Position numbers and translations under genes: made by a program. The notes under the pieces were generated by a model. It saw only the letters and a list, made by a program, of their open reading frames with translations. It had not been told where the DNA came from and did no database searches. Of a stretch of DNA of 64,000 bases, positions 49,142-58,822 are shown piece after piece. The stretch is from positions 96,001-160,000 of the forward strand of contig CAVTNB010000001.1 in NCBI GenBank assembly GCA_963736005.1, written 5' to 3'. The first letter of the stretch is position 1, and every line of letters begins with the position of its first letter. The DNA comes from an uncultured Pseudomonadota bacterium (GTDB lineage Bacteria; Vulcanimicrobiota; Vulcanimicrobiia; Eremiobacterales; Eremiobacteraceae).

Positions 49142-50197
49142 TTGACCAGCTACGGCGCCACCATCACCGGCGTCGGCTTCTGTGCGCCCCCCGGCATCTT
49201 GACGAACGAAGATCTCGAGAAGCTTGTCGACACAAGCGACGAGTGGATCACCCAGCGTACTGGGATGAAGCGTCGCCACATCATCGGGCCTGACGGAGTA
49301 ACCTCCGACCTCGCGGTGCCCGCTGCACAAGCAGCACTTGAGGCAGCCGGCAAAACGCCGCGCGACATCGACTGTATCATTTGTGCGACCGCCACCCCAG
49401 ATTACCCATTTCCCGCGTTGGCGTGCATTGTGGGGGCGCGACTTGGCGTGCAAGGCAAGCCCGCGTTTGACATTGCGATCGCGTGCTCGGGTTTTGTGTA
49501 TTCACTCACGACGGCCGCGTCGCTGATACGCTCCGGCGTTTACCGGTCGATCCTCATCATCGGTGCGGAGACGCTTTCAAAAATTACCGACTATACCGAT
49601 CGGACGACCTGCGTTCTCTTCGGTGATGGCGCCGGCGCAGCGCTCGTCGAGCGATCCGACGAAGACTGCTTCCTCGGTTCCGACCTAGGATCGGACGGCT
49701 CGGATCCGACGGTCTTGTATATGCCCGGCGGCGGGAGTAAATTTCCCTATAATCGAAACGGCGAGTTGACCGATCAGCGCCTCGGATACATCAAAATGCA
49801 AGGGCAGAGCGTGTTCAAGTTTGCCGTGAACCAGATGGCGGCGTCCACGCGCAACGCCCTCGCCCAAGCTGGTCTCACGACGAGCGACATCGACTTCGTC
49901 GTGCCCCACCAGGCAAATTTGCGCATCGTCGACGCGACCGTCAAGATGCTCGGCGTTCCGCCCGAAAAATGCATCGTGAACATTGCCGAGTATGGCAACA
50001 CATCGGCCGCGTCAATCCCGATCGCGCTTGGCGAGGCCGTAGAAAATGGTTTGATCAAGAACGATAATGTGATCGTCTTGGTTGCCTTTGGCGGAGGCCT
50101 CTCTTGGGGTTCGGTCGTCTGGCGCTGGAAAGGGGCACCTGTCATCCGCGCCCAGGCGCTCGCTCCCGGCGCGCTCGTGGGACTCACGGCGAACTAA
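49142..50197 (+). CDS. fabH: 3-oxoacyl-ACP synthase III
   Basis: DTSDEWI, ACSGF, PHQANLRI, YGNTSAAS. Confidence 0.96.
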   Translation: MTSYGATITGVGFCAPPGILTNEDLEKLVDTSDEWITQRTGMKRRHIIGPDGVTSDLAVPAAQAALEAAGKTPRDIDCIICATATPDYPFPALACIVGARLGVQGKPAFDIAIACSGFVYSLTTAASLIRSGVYRSILIIGAETLSKITDYTDRTTCVLFGDGAGAALVERSDEDCFLGSDLGSDGSDPTVLYMPGGGSKFPYNRNGELTDQRLGYIKMQGQSVFKFAVNQMAASTRNALAQAGLTTSDIDFVVPHQANLRIVDATVKMLGVPPEKCIVNIAEYGNTSAASIPIALGEAVENGLIKNDNVIVLVAFGGGLSWGSVVWRWKGAPVIRAQALAPGALVGLTAN

Positions 50198-50206
50198 GGC
50201 GAGAGC

Positions 50207-51163
50207 ATGCCGACGGCTGGTTTCATCTTTCCCGGTCAAGGTTCTCAAGCCGTGGGTATGGGGACCGACGTTGCGTCGCACTTCGCGCAGTCTCGCGAAT
50301 GTTTCGAGCGCGCCTCGGGCGTCTTAGGTTACGACCTCCTCGAAAAAGTCTCGAGCGCGAGCGCTGAAGAACTTAAAGAAACCCGTCTGAGCCAACCAGC
50401 GATTTTCACCGCGAACGTTGCCATCTATCGCGCAGTTTCGACGCTTGCTTTGCAACCAGTCGTCACCGCAGGCCATTCGTTTGGCGAATATTGCTCGCTT
50501 GTGATTTCCGGTGTGATGAGTTTCGACGAGGCAATCCGCATCGTCAACGAGCGCGGCCTTGCCATGGGTGAGGCCGCTGACCTCGCGCCGGGAGCCATGG
50601 CCGCCATCATCGGCATCGAGGAAGACGCGGTGGATGCGGTGTGCAAACGAGCGCGCGAGGTGAGCGGAGCACGCGTCGACATCGGTAACCTCAACACCCT
50701 GACGCAGATCGTCGTGTCCGGCGATGTCGCCGGAGTGGAAGCCGCCTGCGAACTTGCAAAGGACGCGGGAGCAAAGCGCGTGCGCGTCCTCAACGTATCG
50801 GGTGCGTGGCACAGCAGCCTTATGGCACCCGCATTGCCACGCTTTGAGCGAGCAGTCGCGAGTGCCACTCTTCACATGCCCGAGTTCAGCGTCATCAGCA
50901 ACGTGATCGCGAGACCATACGGTTCGGTCGCCGAAATTCGCAGCTCGCTTTTAGCGAGCTTGTGCGCGCGAGTTCGATGGCACGAAGCCGCCACGGCTTT
51001 GGCTGCCGTCGCGCCCGATTTCATCGTCGAGTGCGGCGCAAGCGAAGTGCTCGCACCTATGATGAAGCGTCTGCCCAATATCGGCTCGATTCGCGTCGCC
51101 CATGTTGCGGACACTCCCGGGTTGGAAGACGTCGCATCCGCCCTGAGGCCGTCGACGGCGTGA
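50207..51163 (+). CDS. fabD: Malonyl-CoA:ACP transacylase
   Basis: FPGQGSQ, GHSFGEY, VSGAWHS. Confidence 0.96.
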   Translation: MPTAGFIFPGQGSQAVGMGTDVASHFAQSRECFERASGVLGYDLLEKVSSASAEELKETRLSQPAIFTANVAIYRAVSTLALQPVVTAGHSFGEYCSLVISGVMSFDEAIRIVNERGLAMGEAADLAPGAMAAIIGIEEDAVDAVCKRAREVSGARVDIGNLNTLTQIVVSGDVAGVEAACELAKDAGAKRVRVLNVSGAWHSSLMAPALPRFERAVASATLHMPEFSVISNVIARPYGSVAEIRSSLLASLCARVRWHEAATALAAVAPDFIVECGASEVLAPMMKRLPNIGSIRVAHVADTPGLEDVASALRPSTA

Positions 51164-51945
51164 ACGTCGCAGGCAAGACCGCGCTCATCACGGGTGCCGG
51201 CACGGGAATTGGGCGCGCCATCGCTCTAGAATTGGCTCGCGGTGGCGCTGTCCTGTGTCTGAACGGCCGGCGACGCGAGCCGCTCGAGGCGGTGCGGCAG
51301 GAGGTTGCTGGCCTCGGCGGAACCGCGCACGTGCATCCGGCAGATGTTGCGGATCCGGGGCAAGCTGCGGAGCTCGTTGCAGCGGCGAAGTCGTTGCTCG
51401 GGCGCATCGACATCTTGGTCAACAACGCAGGGAAGACGTACGACGTTCTCATCCTACGCATGAAATGGGATGCGCTGGATGACGCGCTGGCGGTGAATCT
51501 CAAAAGCATGTTTTATCTCAGCGCGGCGGCGGGAAAGGTCATGCTATCGCAGAAGAGCGGCGCAATCGTCAACATCACGTCCGTTGTTGCGCTGACCGGG
51601 AATGCAGGCCAAAGCGCCTATGTGGCGGCGAAGGCTGGCGTCATCGGCCTCACGAAGTCGCTCGCGCAGGAATTCGGATCTCGTCACATCCGAGTGAATG
51701 CGGTTGCGCCAGGGTTCATCGAGACGGACATGACGGCGACGTTGCCGCAGACCGTAAAGCTTGGGTACCAGGAGCGCATTCCGCTCCGCCGCTTCGGTAG
51801 CGCGGCGGAGGTCGCAAAAGTCGTTTCGTTTTTGGCGAGCGACGACGCGTCGTATATGACCGGACAAGTTATCGCCGTCGACGGCGGCGTGTCACATGTG
51901 ACGAACAAGACACACAAGAGACCAGTGGAGGGAGTGACTGTCTGA
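51160..51945 (+). CDS. fabG: 3-oxoacyl-ACP reductase; true stop probably ~51901 (apparent 1-nt insertion near the 3' end)
   Basis: [38 protein letters not shown]. Confidence 0.93.
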   Translation: MNVAGKTALITGAGTGIGRAIALELARGGAVLCLNGRRREPLEAVRQEVAGLGGTAHVHPADVADPGQAAELVAAAKSLLGRIDILVNNAGKTYDVLILRMKWDALDDALAVNLKSMFYLSAAAGKVMLSQKSGAIVNITSVVALTGNAGQSAYVAAKAGVIGLTKSLAQEFGSRHIRVNAVAPGFIETDMTATLPQTVKLGYQERIPLRRFGSAAEVAKVVSFLASDDASYMTGQVIAVDGGVSHVTNKTHKRPVEGVTV

Positions 51946-52184
51946 TGTCAGTGTTCGACAAAGTGAAAAAGAGTATCGTAGAGCAACTCGGCGTGGATGA
52001 AGACGAAGTCACGCCCGAGGCCTCGATCACAGACGATCTCGGCGCAGACTCACTCGATCAGGTGGAACTGGTCATGGCCCTTGAGACCGAATTCAATTTG
52101 GACATCCCGGACGAGGACGCTGAGAAGATCAAGACGGTCGGGGATGCCGTTCGCTACATCGAGGAAGTAAGCGAAAAAGCCTAG
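51945..52184 (+). CDS. acpP: Acyl carrier protein
   Basis: [17 protein letters not shown]. Confidence 0.97.
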   Translation: MSVFDKVKKSIVEQLGVDEDEVTPEASITDDLGADSLDQVELVMALETEFNLDIPDEDAEKIKTVGDAVRYIEEVSEKA

Positions 52185-52237
52185 CCCCAAGCGCTCGCGG
52201 CACCGCCTCCTTCGCGCACCCGCGAAAAGAGTAAGAC

Positions 52238-53542
52238 ATGTTTTCTGCCCTTTCCGATCGCCTCGGAGCGATCTTCGCTCGCCTGCGTTCCCGCGGCAAG
52301 CTGACCGAAGCGGACGTCTCGGAAGTTCTCCGGGAGGTTCGCATCGCGTTGCTCGAGGCCGACGTCAATTTGGGCGTCGTCAAGAACTTTATCGCCTCGA
52401 TTCGCGAGCGCGCGGTTGGCGCAGAGGTCACCGAATCGCTGACGCCGGCGCAGGCAGTCGTGAAGATCGTGCACGACGGGCTGATCGAGCTCATGGGCAC
52501 GGTGGTCGAGCCCCTCCATTTCGCGCCGAGCGGACCAACGCCAATCATGCTCGTGGGCCTGCAGGGTAGCGGCAAAACGACGCAGGCTGCAAAACTTGCG
52601 TTGCGTTTGCAAGAGCAAGGGCGTCGACCGTTGCTCGTGGCGTGCGACGTGTATCGCCCGGCAGCCATCGATCAGTTGAAAGTCTTGGGGGAACAAATCG
52701 GCGTGCCGGTCTACGAGGAAGGCACAAGTGCCCCCACGCAGATCGCCCGCAATGCAGTCGCGCGCGCGCAGCAGTTGGGTCACGGAGCCGTGTTGTTAGA
52801 TACCGCGGGTCGGCTGCAGATAGATGAGCCGATCATGCGCGAGCTCGAAGCGATCAAGCAAGCGGTTTCTCCGCTTGAGACCCTGCTCGTGGTCGACGCA
52901 ATGACGGGGCAAGAAGCGGTCAACGTCGCTAAGGTATTTGACGAGCGACTGAATCTGTCGGGCTTGGTGCTTACCAAGCTTGACGGAGATAGCCGGGGTG
53001 GCGCGGCGCTGTCGATTCGCTCGGTGACTGGCAAGCCGGTGAAGTTCATCGGGACCGGTGAAAAGGTCACTGCGCTGGAGGAATTTCACCCAGATCGACT
53101 CGTGTCGCGCATCTTGGGCATGGGCGACGTGCTCACGCTCATCGAGAAGAGCCAGCGCGTTTTTGACGAAAGCAAAGCGAAGGAGCTCGCCAGCAAGCTT
53201 CGCACCCAAAAACTCACGCTGCAAGATTTCTTAGATCAGCTTCGGCAAATGCGAAAGATGGGTCCGCTTGGCGATCTCGTCAAGATGATTCCCAACATGG
53301 GCAAACTCCTGCCAACCCAAGATCTCGACGAACGAGAGGTAGGGCGAATCGAAGCCATCATTTGTTCGATGACGCCTCGGGAGCGCACGGACCCGGCCAT
53401 TCTCAACGCCAGCCGGCGGCGGCGCATTGCCGCAGGCAGCGGCACCAAGGTGCAAGACGTCAACCGATTGATCAAGCAATTCGAAGCATCGCGCCAGATG
53501 ATGAAACAACTTGGGCGCATGCGAGGCCTCCCTAAAATGTAG
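52238..53542 (+). CDS. ffh: Signal recognition particle protein
   Basis: GLQGSGKTT, DTAGR, TKLDGD, RILGMGD, SRRRRIAAGSG. Confidence 0.97.
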   Translation: MFSALSDRLGAIFARLRSRGKLTEADVSEVLREVRIALLEADVNLGVVKNFIASIRERAVGAEVTESLTPAQAVVKIVHDGLIELMGTVVEPLHFAPSGPTPIMLVGLQGSGKTTQAAKLALRLQEQGRRPLLVACDVYRPAAIDQLKVLGEQIGVPVYEEGTSAPTQIARNAVARAQQLGHGAVLLDTAGRLQIDEPIMRELEAIKQAVSPLETLLVVDAMTGQEAVNVAKVFDERLNLSGLVLTKLDGDSRGGAALSIRSVTGKPVKFIGTGEKVTALEEFHPDRLVSRILGMGDVLTLIEKSQRVFDESKAKELASKLRTQKLTLQDFLDQLRQMRKMGPLGDLVKMIPNMGKLLPTQDLDEREVGRIEAIICSMTPRERTDPAILNASRRRRIAAGSGTKVQDVNRLIKQFEASRQMMKQLGRMRGLPKM

Positions 53543-53605
53543 GGGGCGATGGGCAAATCGCCCCACGAACAATTGGAAATGTAGCAGCGGACCTTCAGGT
53601 CCGCT
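53539..53605 (+). repeat. REP-like doublet (class B + class A); GTAG foot supplies the ffh stop
   Basis: GTAGGGGGCGATgggcaaATCGCCCC and GTAGCAGCGGACCTTCAGGTCCGCT. Confidence 0.85.
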
Positions 53606-53627
53606 CGGACCACTGAAAGGATATCAG

Positions 53628-53924
53628 TTGAGCGTCAAGATCAGACTGCGCCGAACGGGCGCAAAGAAGCAAGCATCCTACCGTTTCGTCGTCGCCGATA
53701 GCGCCTCACCGCGTGATGGGCGTTTCTTGGAGATCGTGGGTCATTACAATCCACGCCGAAGTCCCGTCGAACTCGTGCTTGATGAAGAGAAGATCAAACG
53801 CTGGTTGAGCCGAGGTGCCTTGCCTTCCGCAACGGCGGCACGGCTGCTTGCGGACAAGGGTTTGTATGAACGGTCGCGCGTGCCGGTCCGCAAAGCGCGG
53901 GCGCCAAAGAAAGAGAGCAAGTAG
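53628..53924 (+). CDS. rpsP: 30S ribosomal protein S16 (TTG start)
   Basis: VKIRLRRTGAKK..PRDGRFLEIVGHYNP. Confidence 0.96.
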   Translation: MSVKIRLRRTGAKKQASYRFVVADSASPRDGRFLEIVGHYNPRRSPVELVLDEEKIKRWLSRGALPSATAARLLADKGLYERSRVPVRKARAPKKESK

Positions 53925-54293
53925 ATGAGCGAACGTCCGCCCGATTTTGTCGATCTCGAAGAGGAAGAAGATCTCGTCGAGCGTGACGAGGCGGAAGGCT
54001 TGCCAGTTGCGCCGGACGAGGAGCTAGAAGAAGAGGACAACGGCGACGACGTCATCGGACGCGCCGCGGCAGTGCTCAAGTATATTGTGGAGCGGATCGT
54101 GGACGATCCCAGCCAGATTTCAATCGGCGCCACAACGGACGGCCGCGGCCCCGTCCTTTTGCTCAGCGTCGCAGAGGATGATCGCGGCAAGATCATCGGC
54201 CGGCAGGGTCGCATCATCCAGGCCATTCGAACGATTGTCAAAGCAGCCACGGTCGGAACGGGTGCGCGCGTCAACGTCGAAATCGTCGACTAG
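53925..54293 (+). CDS. khpA: KH-domain RNA-binding protein with acidic N-terminal extension
   Basis: GKIIGRQGRIIQAIRTIV; lies between rpsP and rimM. Confidence 0.9.
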   Translation: MSERPPDFVDLEEEEDLVERDEAEGLPVAPDEELEEEDNGDDVIGRAAAVLKYIVERIVDDPSQISIGATTDGRGPVLLLSVAEDDRGKIIGRQGRIIQAIRTIVKAATVGTGARVNVEIVD

Positions 54294-54810
54294 CGAGCAC
54301 GCTTCGCCAGAGAGCATCCTCATCGGTCGAATCGTCGGCCATTTTGGGCTGCGCGGCGATGTTAAACTTGCGGCGGCGGACGGCGATGCTCTCAAAGTAG
54401 GCCTGCGGGTCGTGCTCGCACCCCGCGATGGAGCGCTGGGCGAGAGCCCAACTCAGATCGTACGATTGCGTGCGCATCAGAAGCTGTTTGTTGTCGGTTT
54501 GGTGGGCATCGACGATGCGGATGCTGCTCGGCGGCTCCATGGGGCAAACGTGCTGGTCGCCCGCAAGGATCTTCCTCGCTTACCGCCACGCACGTTTCGT
54601 GAGATCGACCTCGTTGGACTTCTCGTTGTCGATGAGGCGCTCGGCGCGCTGGGAACCGTGCAAAGCGTGCGCCGTTACCCGTCGTGCGACATGCTCGTCG
54701 TCGGACCACGAGAACTGCTCGTTCCCTTGCTGACCGCCTACGGCGTCTCGATCGATCGGAAAAAAAGGGAAATACGCGTACGGCTACCGCGCGGTTTTGA
54801 GGAGTTGTAA
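54262..54810 (+). CDS. rimM: Ribosome maturation factor RimM
   Basis: IGRIVGHFGLRGDVK, DLVGL, LLVP; synteny; GTG start overlaps khpA. Confidence 0.88.
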   Translation: MRASTSKSSTSEHASPESILIGRIVGHFGLRGDVKLAAADGDALKVGLRVVLAPRDGALGESPTQIVRLRAHQKLFVVGLVGIDDADAARRLHGANVLVARKDLPRLPPRTFREIDLVGLLVVDEALGALGTVQSVRRYPSCDMLVVGPRELLVPLLTAYGVSIDRKKREIRVRLPRGFEEL

Positions 54811-54815
54811 TTTCC

Positions 54816-55613
54816 ATGGAAGCAAAAACGGCGCTGGTCACGGGAGCTTCATCCGGCTTGGGCCGGGAATTTTGCGATCTCGCGGCGGCGGACGGTTACA
54901 ACTTGGTTCTCGTCGCGCGGAATCCTCACCGGCTCGAAGAGGCGGCCACACAGCTGCGGACCGAGCATGGTCGCGACGTTGACATCATTGCGAAAGACCT
55001 GGGCGAAGCGGGAGCCGCGGGAGCTATTTATAACGAGGTCAAGCAGCGCGGCTTGCGCCCGAGCGTGCTCATCAACAATGCTGGCTTTGCGTACAACGGA
55101 TACTTTGAGAAGCAGAACCTGGCTGAGTTGGATTCCATGATGCAAACGAATATGGTCGCGCTCACGACGCTCACCCGGCTTTTCCTTCCCGACATGCTGG
55201 GTCGGCGCGAGGGTCGGATCCTCAACGTGGCTTCCACCGCTGCGTTTCAACCGGGTCCACTCATGACCGTGTACTACGCTTCGAAAGCATATGTCTTATC
55301 ATTCACGGAGGCGCTGGGAGTGGAAATCGAGGGCAGCGGTCTCACGGCAACGGTCGTGTGCCCTGGGCCCGTGAAAACGGGATTCCAGGCGCGCGCGGGA
55401 CTGCAGGATTCCGTGATGTTGCGCAGTCCGCTCGTTATGGACGCCCGCCGGGTTGCAGAGATCGGCTATCGCGCGATGATGGCAGGGAAGGCGGTGTGTG
55501 TTCCAGGGGCCTTAAATGCCCTGACTGCTTTTCTTGCCCTGCATTCGCCGCGTTCGCTCACCGCCCGAATGGCAAAGAAGATTCAAGCCGGTCCGCTACG
55601 CCAAGCTTCCTAA
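54816..55613 (+). CDS. SDR family oxidoreductase
   Basis: TGASSGLG, NNAG, YYASK. Confidence 0.92.
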   Translation: MEAKTALVTGASSGLGREFCDLAAADGYNLVLVARNPHRLEEAATQLRTEHGRDVDIIAKDLGEAGAAGAIYNEVKQRGLRPSVLINNAGFAYNGYFEKQNLAELDSMMQTNMVALTTLTRLFLPDMLGRREGRILNVASTAAFQPGPLMTVYYASKAYVLSFTEALGVEIEGSGLTATVVCPGPVKTGFQARAGLQDSVMLRSPLVMDARRVAEIGYRAMMAGKAVCVPGALNALTAFLALHSPRSLTARMAKKIQAGPLRQAS

Positions 55614-56285
55614 GAACTTCCCAATTGCTGCGTTCACCTCTGCAGGGTGCTCGGCCATCACAATATGGCCGGCGCCTTCGATAACGGCCAGCGTGGACCC
55701 AACGATACGATCGTGCAAGTACGCCGAATATTTCGGCGGCGTGAGCTGATCCTCACTGCCGACGATGATAAGGGTCGGGGCGCGAAGCGTGCCTAGCTCG
55801 TGCATCACATCAAACTTGTCGCAGGCGGTGTAGTCTCGCCACGTTGATTCCAACCCAACAAGCTCGTGCCAATCGCGCACTCGTGCATGCAGTGCGGCGG
55901 AAGCACCGGGCGAAAGCGCGAGATCCGCGAGCGTCGCGATGCAAGCGGGCCAACGCTCGTCGAGCATCTCGAAGATCTTGGGAGAGACTCGCAGACGAGA
56001 GCCCGTTCCGATGAGCACTAAGCCTGCGACTTGTTCGGGAAAATCAAGCGCCCAGCGCAACGCAACGGCGCCTCCCAGCGAATGGCCGACTGCAACTGCG
56101 CGCCCAGCATGTTTCCAGTCAACGTAGCGCGCGAACCAACTCGCGATTTCCTCGACTGATTCTAATGCCTCGCCGCCTGGATGACCGGGTAGCGAAACGG
56201 CATCGGAGCCGGCAAAAGCGGCTACTTGCTGGGCAAAACTGTCCTGCGTATACCCGGACCCATGAATGTACAGCACCTGCGGCAT
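55596..56285 (-). CDS. Alpha/beta hydrolase
   Basis: HGSG, GHSLGG, GSEDQL, GAGH. Confidence 0.9.
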   Translation of the reverse strand: MPQVLYIHGSGYTQDSFAQQVAAFAGSDAVSLPGHPGGEALESVEEIASWFARYVDWKHAGRAVAVGHSLGGAVALRWALDFPEQVAGLVLIGTGSRLRVSPKIFEMLDERWPACIATLADLALSPGASAALHARVRDWHELVGLESTWRDYTACDKFDVMHELGTLRAPTLIIVGSEDQLTPPKYSAYLHDRIVGSTLAVIEGAGHIVMAEHPAEVNAAIGKFLGSLA

Positions 56286-56298
56286 TGACCCCAAGGTT

Positions 56299-56356
56299 GT
56301 CGCAGCGGACCTTGAGGTCCGCTCAAACCATGTAGCGGCGGACCTTTAGGTCCGCC
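56299..56356 (+). repeat. REP-like class A tandem pair
   Basis: GTCGCAGCGGACCTTGAGGTCCGCT and GTAGCGGCGGACCTTTAGGTCCGCC. Confidence 0.85.
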
Positions 56357-56400
56357 CATAGTAGGATATCGTACATGCGTTCGAAAAACACACGTTCGAT

Positions 56401-58176
56401 ATGGCGTTGGCGATTCCATTACGCGCGCCGGCTTTTGCCGTTACGCCGCGCGACCTTGACGCAGACCTCGGCGACGCCGTCCGCAATGCGCGCCTCGCGG
56501 CGCTCGCGGGCGTCGACCTTTGGGATCTGCCATTTTGCGTAGTGGATATCGAGACGACAGGGGCCGTGCGAGGTAAGGACGGGATCACCGAGATTGCTCT
56601 CGTCAACGTGGCGCGAGGACGTGTCACAAAAGAGTGGCAAACGCTCGTCAACCCACGGCAACCCATACCCGGCTTCATCACTCACCTCACCGGCATCACG
56701 GACGAAATGGTGGCAGGGGCACCTCAGGTCGGCGAGGTGCTGCCAAGCATCGTGGAAATTGTGGGCGACTGCGTTCTCGTGGGACACAACGTGCGTTTCG
56801 ACGCCCATTTTATTGAATGGGAATTGCTTCGACACGGCTTTGCTGCGCTGTCGAATATCAAGCTCGATACGCTTGCTCTCGCGCGGCGCACCATCGCCGA
56901 GGTGCCGAACTACAAACTCGGTACGTTGACCCGCGAACTTGGCATCGACGTTGAGCGCCACCATCGCGCCCTTGCCGATGCGCGGGCAACTGCAGAATTG
57001 CTCATCCATTGCATCAAACGCTTTGAGGACAACGCAGTCTTCACGCTTGGAACGCTGCTGGACCACTTACGCACTCGGGCGCTTCCGCGCCGCCGCTCGA
57101 TCGCCAAACTTCCGGATGCTTCTCAGCTTCCGGTGTGGACTTCGATTCTCCGTAGCGAGCTCGACGACGTTCCAACAAAGCCGGGTGTTTATACACTTCG
57201 CGATGCCAGTTCGGAGATCGTCTACGTGGGCAAGTCGCGAAACCTGCGGCAGCGGTTGCGGGCATACGCAACGGTTGGCAAACCCGCTGGATCAAAGATG
57301 CGGGCGCTGCGCGCGGTCGTTGCAAGCTATCATTATACGGTCACGGGGTCGGAACTTGAAGCGTTGTTAGTGGAAGCAGAACTCGTCCAGATGCACGATC
57401 CTCCGTTCAACGATCGGCTGCGAAACTTCCGGCAGTTCGGTTTCATCAAGATCGTGCAAGGGCCACGCGGTAGGTTGCTGACGACGACGCGCCTGATTGC
57501 GGATGGAGCCCGATACTATGGGCCGTATCGGAGCATGGCTGCAGCGCGCGCGTCGGCGGCGGCGCTGCAAGATGCGCTTGGATTGGATTCAGGTGTTGGG
57601 CCCGATCCTTCAAGCGTGCCGCCCGCCATGCGAGAAGCGTTGCTTTTCGAAGCTGTTGCTTTCATCGAGGGGCACGCGGACGAAGTGCTCTTGACTGTTG
57701 CGCGTCGTCGCGATGAGGCCGCGGCTCGGGGCAAGACGGAAATTCTCGCAAGAGAAGAGGAGCGCTTGGACCGCTTGCGGCGTCTTCGGAGCGTGCATGC
57801 GGCGCTCGAATCCGCGGCAGGCTTGAATGCGATTGTCTTGGCACCTGCACCGGATCCCTCGGAAGAGGCATGCTTTTTGTTTTGTCGGGGTCGCCTAGCT
57901 GGTCGGCAATACCTTCCGCGTCGGTTGCCGGAGCGGGGACGAGCAACGTCCATGCTCGCCAAGATGCTTGCCGAAGGCTTCATGCCGCAAGATGTTTCGC
58001 GATGCTTTGTGAAACAACACGAAATCGATCAGCTCTATATTTTCTCCTCTTGGTTCGAAGAACGGCGCGAGGGATTATACTATGCGCCATTGCCAGACCG
58101 CCGGCCCTGCGATGGCGAATCCGAGCGCTGGGCGGAAACGATCCTCGATGGGGGACCGGCTGGCGCCGCCGGGTAG
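56401..58176 (+). CDS. DEDDh 3'-5' exonuclease fused to UvrC-like GIY-YIG endonuclease
   Basis: VDIETTG, GHNVRFD, HRALADA; PGVY..YVGKSRNLRQRL..ALLVE..PPFN. Confidence 0.9.
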   Translation: MALAIPLRAPAFAVTPRDLDADLGDAVRNARLAALAGVDLWDLPFCVVDIETTGAVRGKDGITEIALVNVARGRVTKEWQTLVNPRQPIPGFITHLTGITDEMVAGAPQVGEVLPSIVEIVGDCVLVGHNVRFDAHFIEWELLRHGFAALSNIKLDTLALARRTIAEVPNYKLGTLTRELGIDVERHHRALADARATAELLIHCIKRFEDNAVFTLGTLLDHLRTRALPRRRSIAKLPDASQLPVWTSILRSELDDVPTKPGVYTLRDASSEIVYVGKSRNLRQRLRAYATVGKPAGSKMRALRAVVASYHYTVTGSELEALLVEAELVQMHDPPFNDRLRNFRQFGFIKIVQGPRGRLLTTTRLIADGARYYGPYRSMAAARASAAALQDALGLDSGVGPDPSSVPPAMREALLFEAVAFIEGHADEVLLTVARRRDEAAARGKTEILAREEERLDRLRRLRSVHAALESAAGLNAIVLAPAPDPSEEACFLFCRGRLAGRQYLPRRLPERGRATSMLAKMLAEGFMPQDVSRCFVKQHEIDQLYIFSSWFEERREGLYYAPLPDRRPCDGESERWAETILDGGPAGAAG

Positions 58177-58243
58177 GGCCGCAGGTCCGCCAAGTTCCAA
58201 TCGCCAAATAACCGAGCGGGCGCTTATCAAAACGGAGTTTGCA

Positions 58244-58819
58244 ATGACCACCATGCGCCGGTTCTCCATCCTCACCGCACTCGCTGCAGTCTGCGCTGTA
58301 CTCTTCGTGGGGCCCGCCGCAGCGATCGAGCATGCGACCACTCCTGAAAATGACGAGACACGCAATTCGCTTATCGCCACCGGCACGCTGGTCCACATCG
58401 TCATGCTGCAGACTGTCTCGTCTGCTCACTGCACGAAAGGCGACACGTTCAGCTTTCGCGTCATCGATGATGTGAAAGCCGGCTCGCGCCTCGCGATACC
58501 GAGCGGCACGACCGGCACGGGCAAGGTCACCGATTGCGCGCCCGCGCACGGGGGCCGCCAAGACGGCCGTCTGCGCATCGAATTTGATCCCATTGTTCTG
58601 AGCGACGGTACGCAAGTGCCCGTTGGCATCACGCACGATAGCCTTGTTGCCGATGCAAACGAGAAAAATGGGACCGGGCCGGCGCTCGAAGACATTGCCA
58701 ACATGATGGTGCCCGGTTTCTTTCTCCTCGACTTCCTGCGCAAGGGCGATGATGTGACCGTCGCCGCGAACTCGCCCTTCCACGTCGCCGTCACCGAGGA
58801 CGCGTTTCTCTCCGAATAA
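58244..58819 (+). CDS. Hypothetical exported protein (beta-rich)
   Basis: GGAG RBS, signal peptide, IPSGT..G.V..G.L.I.F..I.LSDG pattern. Confidence 0.7.
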   Translation: MTTMRRFSILTALAAVCAVLFVGPAAAIEHATTPENDETRNSLIATGTLVHIVMLQTVSSAHCTKGDTFSFRVIDDVKAGSRLAIPSGTTGTGKVTDCAPAHGGRQDGRLRIEFDPIVLSDGTQVPVGITHDSLVADANEKNGTGPALEDIANMMVPGFFLLDFLRKGDDVTVAANSPFHVAVTEDAFLSE

Positions 58820-58822
58820 GCC

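Noticed and set aside
58173..58191. GTAG..AGGTCCGCC at the exonuclease stop as another REP copy
   Set aside because: Only the right arm matches and no full hairpin forms. It is possibly a decayed copy but cannot be supported.
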